Below are positions 45,441-51,226 of a stretch of 51,226 bases of DNA, piece after piece. The DNA comes from an uncultured Candidatus Saccharibacteria bacterium (GTDB taxonomy: Bacteria > Patescibacteriota > Minisyncoccia > UBA6257 > 2-01-FULL-56-20): positions 1-51,226 of the forward strand of contig CAZKRG010000001.1 in the NCBI GenBank assembly GCA_964555255.1, read 5' to 3'. Both the position numbers and the translations under genes were made by a program. The notes under the pieces were generated by a model. It was not told where the DNA came from. It worked only from the letters and a program-made list of their open reading frames with translations, and did no database searches. Every line of letters begins with the position of its first letter. Position 1 is the stretch's first letter.

Positions 45441-48030
45441 CTTTAATCTCTCCACGAATAATCTTGTCCGCAAGCTTGTCTAATATAACCTTTTGAAGCA
45501 GCCGCTTCAAAGGTCGGGCCCCATATTCAGCACTAAACCCTTCCCGCGCAAGATATTCTCTCGCTGCAGCTTCCACCTTAATAGTGATATTATTCTCCCG
45601 CAAACGTTCCTCGAGAAGTTGAATCTGGATATCCACAATATGCTCGATATCTTCCTTTGTAAGAGGATTAAAAATAATAATCTCGTCGATTCGGTTCAAA
45701 AATTCCGGCCGGAAACTTTCCCGAAGTGCCCCGAGCACCTTGCCTTTATATGCCTCCTCATCAGGTCCTCGCACCCCTTCCTTTCCTACTGAAAATCCGA
45801 GCGAGGACATAGCACGGAGATGTTCACTCCCTACGTTAGAAGTCATAATAATAATCGCATTCTTAAAATTTACTGTCTTGCCTTTCGCATCGGTGAGTCT
45901 TCCATTATCGAGAATCTGAAGAAGAAGATTAAACACCTCCGGATGTGCTTTCTCGATTTCGTCAAAAAGGATGATGCTGTAGGGTCGATGTCGGAGAATC
46001 TCGGTAAGCTGCCCGCCTTCTTCATGTCCCACATATCCAGGAGGGGACCCGACGAGGCGGCTCACTGCATGCCGCTCCATATATTCTGACATGTCAATGC
46101 GGACTAATGCCTTTTCATCATTAAACATGAACTCTGCAAGCGCCCGTGCAAGTTCGGTTTTCCCAACTCCCGTAGGCCCCAAAAACATAAATGATCCCAA
46201 AGGTCGATGGACGTCGGAAAGTCCTGCGCGCGCGCGTCGCAATGCGTTCGCCACTGCTTCAATAGCTTCAGTCTGTCCAACCACACGTGTACGAAGCACC
46301 TCTTCTATTTTAGTCAGTTTCGCACTCTCGTTTTCAAGGACGCGGGAGATGGGGATACCTGTCCATACCGAAACCACCGCCGCGACATCCTCTTTATCAA
46401 CTGCCTCTTTCAAGAAACGCTCATCCGTGTGTTCTGATTTTTTGCGCCGTCGAGCAACAATTCCAAAATGCTTCTTCTCAAAAAGGGAGTAGTCTTTTTC
46501 TGCTTGAGGAAGTTCACCATACACCACCTGAGCCACACGCTCCAAATTTCCTTCTCGTTCGGCGATTTCCGCTTCTCGCTTAAGCGAATCAATTTTCCGA
46601 CGCAACTCGTGCAAGGTCTCAAATTTTATTTTCTCCGTGTGCCAACGAGCTGAAAGTTCATCGTTTCTATCCTTAAGAGTTTTTAAACTTTCGTCGATTT
46701 CTTTAAGCCTCAGCGAAAACTTATCTTCTCGAGAAAGTGCCTGACGCTCTACCTCTAAACGGGTAATCTCCCGCCGCACCGAATCAATTTCTTTAGGAAG
46801 ACTCTCGGATTCGAGCCGGCGCGCTGCTGCGGCCTCATCGATTAAATCTACTGCCTTGTCGGGCAAAAAACGATCGGTGATATACCGGGAAGAAAGGTTC
46901 ACTGCCTCTACAATCGCTTCGTCGCTAATACGCAATCCGTGGTGAATTTCATATTTTTCCTTAAGCCCTCGCAAAATTGCAATACTGTCTTCGAGAGAAG
47001 GTTCTTCCACAATAATGGGCTGGAACCGCCGCTCAAGTGCTGGATCTTTCTCAATGTAGCGTTGATATTCTCGGATGGTAGTGGCTCCAATGGCATGAAG
47101 TTCTCCACGCGCTAAGGCAGGCTTTAAAAGGTTCGACGCATCCACTGCCCCTTCAGCAGCTCCCGCACCCACAATCGCATGAATTTCATCAATAAAAAGC
47201 ACCAATTTCCCACTTGCACTCTTGATCTCCTTCATAAATGCTTTAAGTCGATCTTCAAATTCTCCACGAAATTTCGTCCCTGCAATGAGCGCTCCGAGAT
47301 CGAGCATAAGAATTTCTTTTCCTTTCAAAGGTTCCGGCACATCTCCATGCATAATCTGCTGCGCTAACCCTTCTACAATCGCGGTTTTTCCAACTCCTGG
47401 TTCCCCGATAAGCACCGGGTTATTTTTAGTACGCCGGGAAAGTACCTGCATAACCCGCCGAAGTTCTTCTTCGCGACCAATCACTGGATCAAGTTCCCCT
47501 GCGCGCGCTTTTTCAGTAAGATTAATCGCATACTTTTCGAGCACTTGGAATTTGCTCTCCGGAGTTTCGTCGGTAACGCGCACCGATCCTCGAAGCTGGG
47601 CAAGCACTCGGAATGCAGCCTCACGCCGCACTCCAAATTGGTCGAGCACTGCCTTTGCCGCCGCAGGCACATCAAGAATAGCAAGGAGCAGATGCTCGCA
47701 CGAAACAAACTCGTCTTTCTGCTGTGCTGCCACTTTTGCTGCCTGGTCGAGTACACGCATGATTTCGTGGGAAAGATACAACTGCCCGACATTCGAATTC
47801 CCCACAATTTTAGGAATCCGATCGAGTTCTAGCTCAATTTGTTCTTGAAGTTTCTCGAGATTCACCCCTAGTCGCGTGAGTACGGGAACAACCAATGACT
47901 GCTGATCCTCAAGAAGCGCAGCGAGGAGGTGGAGCACTTTAAGTTCTCCATGATTTTTCCTTCCTGCAAGCTCTTGAGCATTTTGTAACGCCTCTTGAGC
48001 TTTAATAGTAAATCGATGAAAATGTGGCAT
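45385..48030 (-). CDS. clpB: ATP-dependent chaperone ClpB
   Basis: 881 aa. Clp_N repeats, two AAA+ modules ([18 protein letters not shown]), long middle coiled coil. Confidence 0.97.
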   Translation of the reverse strand: MPHFHRFTIKAQEALQNAQELAGRKNHGELKVLHLLAALLEDQQSLVVPVLTRLGVNLEKLQEQIELELDRIPKIVGNSNVGQLYLSHEIMRVLDQAAKVAAQQKDEFVSCEHLLLAILDVPAAAKAVLDQFGVRREAAFRVLAQLRGSVRVTDETPESKFQVLEKYAINLTEKARAGELDPVIGREEELRRVMQVLSRRTKNNPVLIGEPGVGKTAIVEGLAQQIMHGDVPEPLKGKEILMLDLGALIAGTKFRGEFEDRLKAFMKEIKSASGKLVLFIDEIHAIVGAGAAEGAVDASNLLKPALARGELHAIGATTIREYQRYIEKDPALERRFQPIIVEEPSLEDSIAILRGLKEKYEIHHGLRISDEAIVEAVNLSSRYITDRFLPDKAVDLIDEAAAARRLESESLPKEIDSVRREITRLEVERQALSREDKFSLRLKEIDESLKTLKDRNDELSARWHTEKIKFETLHELRRKIDSLKREAEIAEREGNLERVAQVVYGELPQAEKDYSLFEKKHFGIVARRRKKSEHTDERFLKEAVDKEDVAAVVSVWTGIPISRVLENESAKLTKIEEVLRTRVVGQTEAIEAVANALRRARAGLSDVHRPLGSFMFLGPTGVGKTELARALAEFMFNDEKALVRIDMSEYMERHAVSRLVGSPPGYVGHEEGGQLTEILRHRPYSIILFDEIEKAHPEVFNLLLQILDNGRLTDAKGKTVNFKNAIIIMTSNVGSEHLRAMSSLGFSVGKEGVRGPDEEAYKGKVLGALRESFRPEFLNRIDEIIIFNPLTKEDIEHIVDIQIQLLEERLRENNITIKVEAAAREYLAREGFSAEYGARPLKRLLQKVILDKLADKIIRGEIKDGDKVKVHFKSNSLVVGV

Positions 48031-48041
48031 TGTTTTATAAA

Positions 48042-49292
48042 TTATTCGCCAGGTCGCTTTGCGAGAATCACAGATAACGTCAGCGTCTGAGATCCTCGAC
48101 GCACGGTAAGTTTTATTTCATCTCCTACTGAATGCTGGGCAATCAGCAACCCAAGCGGATGACCGCTATCTATTTTTTGGTCATCCACCTGTAAAATAAT
48201 GTCTTCTACTACAATACCTGCCTTCTCTGCGGGAGACTGGGGAATAACCCCTGGTCCCTCCCCGGATCCCCTCACAAGCGCCCCGTAGTCTACAGGCAAA
48301 CGCTGCTTCTTGGCAAATTCGGGAGTCACTGCGGTATAGCGCACTCCGAGAAAAGGGGTCTGTATGGTGCCAGTGGCGCGGACCGAGGCAATCGCTCGTT
48401 TCACTGCGTTAATAGGCAAGGCAAATCCTATATTCTGAGCTCCAGACGCCACCGCGGTATCAATACCTATAACCTCTCCCCGAAGATTAAGGAGCGGCCC
48501 TCCGGAATTACCTAAATTAATTGCCGCATCTGTTTGGAGTACTCCTGAAATAGTTTCTTCGAGTCCCACCCCCGATGCAGTAACGGTACGGGAAAGTCCG
48601 GAAATAACCCCCACCGACACCGTATTACGGAACTCCCCCAATGCATTCCCGATAGCAATAGCAGTCTGCCCAAGTTCTACTGCATCAGAATCTCCTAACA
48701 CAACAGTGGACAGTCCCTGCGCACTAATTTTGACAATCGCGAGATCTTGGACTGGATCCTGAGCCAACACTTTTGCACTATATTTTTTCCCATCGTTGGT
48801 GAAAACGGTGTATGAAGATTGAGAATCGCTCACAACATGTTTATTGGTCACAATAAGCCCATCTGCGGAAATAATAAACCCGCTCCCTCCACCTACGTCT
48901 TGGAGTTGTGTCCCCTTTTCACAGGAAGTAAAGAATTGATCTCCTCCAAAAAAATGTTGAAATTCCGGTGGAAGATCTCCAAAAGGATTCCCGGGACAAT
49001 TTTCGAGAATAGGCACATTCTTGGAAATGACGATCGAGACCACGGCGGGTTCTGCGCGTTTCACTGCCTCAACCACTGCCCGCTCATAATCTAACGCAGG
49101 TTTATAAAGAGAAGAAACTACGGGGGGAGAAGATTGAGATGTAGTACTCGTTCCCCGAGAAACAAAGAAAGAAGAGACCCCACGCAAGAAATCCCCTAAA
49201 AAACTCGCGCGCGCGGAAGAAACTCCTACTACAAAAACCGTAGCGAGTGCAATACTTCCAAGAAGAATACCGATGGATTTTTTAGTATACAT
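48042..49292 (-). CDS. htrA: HtrA/DegP-family serine protease with PDZ domain
   Basis: 416 aa. N-terminal TM/signal, trypsin-like core (TNKHVV, DLAIVKI, GNSGGPLLN), C-terminal PDZ. Confidence 0.9.
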   Translation of the reverse strand: MYTKKSIGILLGSIALATVFVVGVSSARASFLGDFLRGVSSFFVSRGTSTTSQSSPPVVSSLYKPALDYERAVVEAVKRAEPAVVSIVISKNVPILENCPGNPFGDLPPEFQHFFGGDQFFTSCEKGTQLQDVGGGSGFIISADGLIVTNKHVVSDSQSSYTVFTNDGKKYSAKVLAQDPVQDLAIVKISAQGLSTVVLGDSDAVELGQTAIAIGNALGEFRNTVSVGVISGLSRTVTASGVGLEETISGVLQTDAAINLGNSGGPLLNLRGEVIGIDTAVASGAQNIGFALPINAVKRAIASVRATGTIQTPFLGVRYTAVTPEFAKKQRLPVDYGALVRGSGEGPGVIPQSPAEKAGIVVEDIILQVDDQKIDSGHPLGLLIAQHSVGDEIKLTVRRGSQTLTLSVILAKRPGE

Positions 49293-49352
49293 AGCCTGCG
49301 AAAATGTACAAAATATAGTATAGTCCCCGTCCCCACCCCTCGCAACCGCTCG

Positions 49353-50627
49353 TTACCAATCTTTTGAGAAAAGCCGCTGCAGAACCGAAATTGTCTTTCG
49401 CACCTCTGCCGGATAGGTAAATTTCCCTAAACTAAAACGAATGCTCTCGCGTGCCTGAATCTCGGAAAGGCCCAATGCGCGTAAGGTCCTCGATCCTTGA
49501 GAAGACCGACTGCTACACGCAGGCCCCCCGGAAATCGCTATCCCTGCGATATCAAGTCGAATAAGCAGTTCCTCAGCGCGGACATGAGGGAAGTGCACGC
49601 TAAGAATATTAGGCAACGTGAGAAGTGAGCCGGAGGTGAAGGGAGAAAACGCCACTCCATTTACTACCGCGGAGGGAACACTTGCCAGAATACCTCTCCA
49701 TAACTCCTGCCGCAAGAGGGAGACGCGACGGGTCTCTTTCTCCCGAAGAGTACTCGCGATTCGGAAAGCTTCGGCAAATCCTGCAAGTCCTGCAACATTG
49801 TGAGTGCCAGAACGCAATCCAAACTCTTGCCCTCCTCCAGTAAATACAGGAGAGAGAACATCTTTATTTCGATGTCTTCTCACATAAAGAACTCCTACCC
49901 CTTTCGGCCCATATATCTTGTGAGCCGACAATGTCATAAGGTCTATTCCTAATCGATTGACATCACAATCAAAAAATTGAAATGCTTGTGCAGCATCGGT
50001 ATGAAATAGCGGATATGTGGTACGTGGTGCATGGTATATGGGTTTCTTTTGGAAATTGGAAATTGGAAATTGGAAATTCCCATTTCTAAAATTGCTGATA
50101 ATTTTAGCAATTTCAGAAATGGGCTGCATTGTTCCAACTTCGTTATTCGCATACATCACCGAAACAAGCGCAGTCTGTGGAGTGAGTGCTTGCTCGAGCG
50201 CGCGAAGATTTACCACTCCTTCATGAGTGACTGGTACTTCCACCACTTCAACTCCTTCCCGCTCAAGGTCTCGCGCCGTCTCCCTCACCGATTCATGCTC
50301 AATCGCGGAAATGACAATGCGCGGTCGGATCTTTTTTTCTCTATTTCCTATTCCTAAACCCGATACCCTAAGCCCCTTGAGCACTCCTCGCAACGCGAGA
50401 TTATTCGCCTCCGTAGCCGATCCGGTAAATATAATCTCCCGAAATTCCGCGCCAATTCCTCGCGCCACCGTTTCCCGCGCAGCATCTACCGCCGCGATGG
50501 CTTGCTGCCCAAAAGAATGGAGTGAACTTGGATTGCCAAATTCTTTGAAAAAATAAGGCTCCATTGCCCTGCGCACCGCAGGATCAAGCGGCGTAGTCGC
50601 CGCATAATCGAGGTAAATTCTCTTCAT
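49353..50627 (-). CDS. nifS: Cysteine desulfurase (NifS/IscS class V aminotransferase) with an internal low-complexity insert
   Basis: 424 aa. YLDYAATTP, HTDAAQ, SAHKIYGPKGVG (PLP lysine), GGPACSS active-site Cys loop. About 25 extra residues (ISNFRNGNFQFPISNFQKKPIYHAPRTTYP) lie between IAKI and LFHTDAAQ. Confidence 0.9.
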   Translation of the reverse strand: MKRIYLDYAATTPLDPAVRRAMEPYFFKEFGNPSSLHSFGQQAIAAVDAARETVARGIGAEFREIIFTGSATEANNLALRGVLKGLRVSGLGIGNREKKIRPRIVISAIEHESVRETARDLEREGVEVVEVPVTHEGVVNLRALEQALTPQTALVSVMYANNEVGTMQPISEIAKIISNFRNGNFQFPISNFQKKPIYHAPRTTYPLFHTDAAQAFQFFDCDVNRLGIDLMTLSAHKIYGPKGVGVLYVRRHRNKDVLSPVFTGGGQEFGLRSGTHNVAGLAGFAEAFRIASTLREKETRRVSLLRQELWRGILASVPSAVVNGVAFSPFTSGSLLTLPNILSVHFPHVRAEELLIRLDIAGIAISGGPACSSRSSQGSRTLRALGLSEIQARESIRFSLGKFTYPAEVRKTISVLQRLFSKDW

Positions 50628-50632
50628 CGCTC

Positions 50633-51226
50633 CTAGAATGTAGCGCGTGAAATAGAATTACTCAACTTCCGCGCATTTCCATAACTCAAAAGCCCGCGAT
50701 ATGAAGCAATACTTTCCTGAGTTGGATAAGTAATGATTCTTTTGAACATCCGGTGTTTGGTTGCGGTTCGCAACACGCGGTGTTCAGGAAAATGCACCCA
50801 ACCCAAAACATCCACACCAGACGCGAGGGTATTTATAAAAACCTTATCGGGATGCAGCGAAAGTTTCAACCGGCTGGAAAGAAAATTGCGGATTTCGGTG
50901 AGAACAATTTCCAACCATGCCTTATTTTCCGAAAGCACCAAAAAATCATCCGCGTAGCGAAGATAATATTTCGCCCGAATATTATGTTTTACAAATTGAT
51001 CGAATTCATTCATATAAATATTCACAAGGAGCTGCGAGGTGAGATTTCCAAGTGGCAACCCTATTCCTCCTTTAGAAAAGGAGGTGCTCCCCGACTTAAG
51101 TCGGGGAGCGGAGGATTTCTCCCCTTCACTTGAAAAACTCTCTATCACTTCTTTGAGAAGCGTGAGGATTTTTGGATCGGAAATAGAGGAACGGAGAATT
51201 TCTAAAAGAACCTCGTGATCTATATT
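50633..51226 (-). CDS. Reverse transcriptase, DGR type, 5'-truncated by the window edge
   Basis: In frame from 51226: NIDHEVLLEIL...GLPLGNLTSQLLVNIYMNEFD (LGxxxSQ motif 4 typical of diversity-generating retroelement RTs), YLRYADDFLVL (YADD), VDVLGWVHFPEHRVLR thumb-like region. The stop lies 5 nt before the nifS start. Confidence 0.75.
   Translation of the reverse strand, partial: NIDHEVLLEILRSSISDPKILTLLKEVIESFSSEGEKSSAPRLKSGSTSFSKGGIGLPLGNLTSQLLVNIYMNEFDQFVKHNIRAKYYLRYADDFLVLSENKAWLEIVLTEIRNFLSSRLKLSLHPDKVFINTLASGVDVLGWVHFPEHRVLRTATKHRMFKRIITYPTQESIASYRGLLSYGNARKLSNSISRATF

Noticed and set aside
50633-51226. Group II intron or retron assignment for the reverse transcriptase
   Set aside because: Motif 4 has the SQ signature rather than QGxxxSP. 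No intron RNA domain V/VI-like structure or maturase/endonuclease tail follows the RT, because nifS starts 5 nt later. No msr/msd-like repeats are visible downstream. The DGR type is the better fit, pending the missing upstream sequence.

Overview
51.2-kb window from a small-genome bacterium. Inference from gene content only: it looks like a Candidate Phyla Radiation (Patescibacteria/Parcubacteria) genome. Housekeeping genes include gyrB, secE, nusG, rpsR, parAB, gatCA, ligA, hup, clpB, htrA and nifS/iscS. A complete minus-strand type IV pilus/competence-pilus cluster runs from pilM to a PilX-like gene, with comFC divergent from it. That cluster is interrupted by an IS200-like remnant and by a GxxExxY cassette. 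There is also a cell-envelope block: an O-antigen-ligase/TPR protein and a 1154-aa PG-binding surface protein. I found seven tRNA genes and three decayed mobile elements (an IS4-like fragment, a 1.1-kb IS with intact inverted repeats, and the IS200-like remnant). Serine-recombinase scars lie next to tRNA-Arg, and a truncated DGR-type reverse transcriptase sits at the right edge. No CRISPR array was seen. The observations I rank highest are: (1) a complete tRNA-Asp nested between the two halves of a second tRNA-like gene, held by a 13-bp complementary helix; (2) a tRNA-Leu locus whose 5' leader and 3' end are both duplicated around GC-rich structured non-coding segments; (3) three coding genes (ligA, a minor pilin, nifS) that each carry exactly four in-frame copies of a heptanucleotide, plus palindromic in-frame inserts in nifS and the RT; (4) two promoter-to-terminator units of about 180-190 nt with no credible ORF; (5) a perfect 50-bp palindrome downstream of ligA. 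All calls come from reading the sequence and ORF translations. No database search was run.
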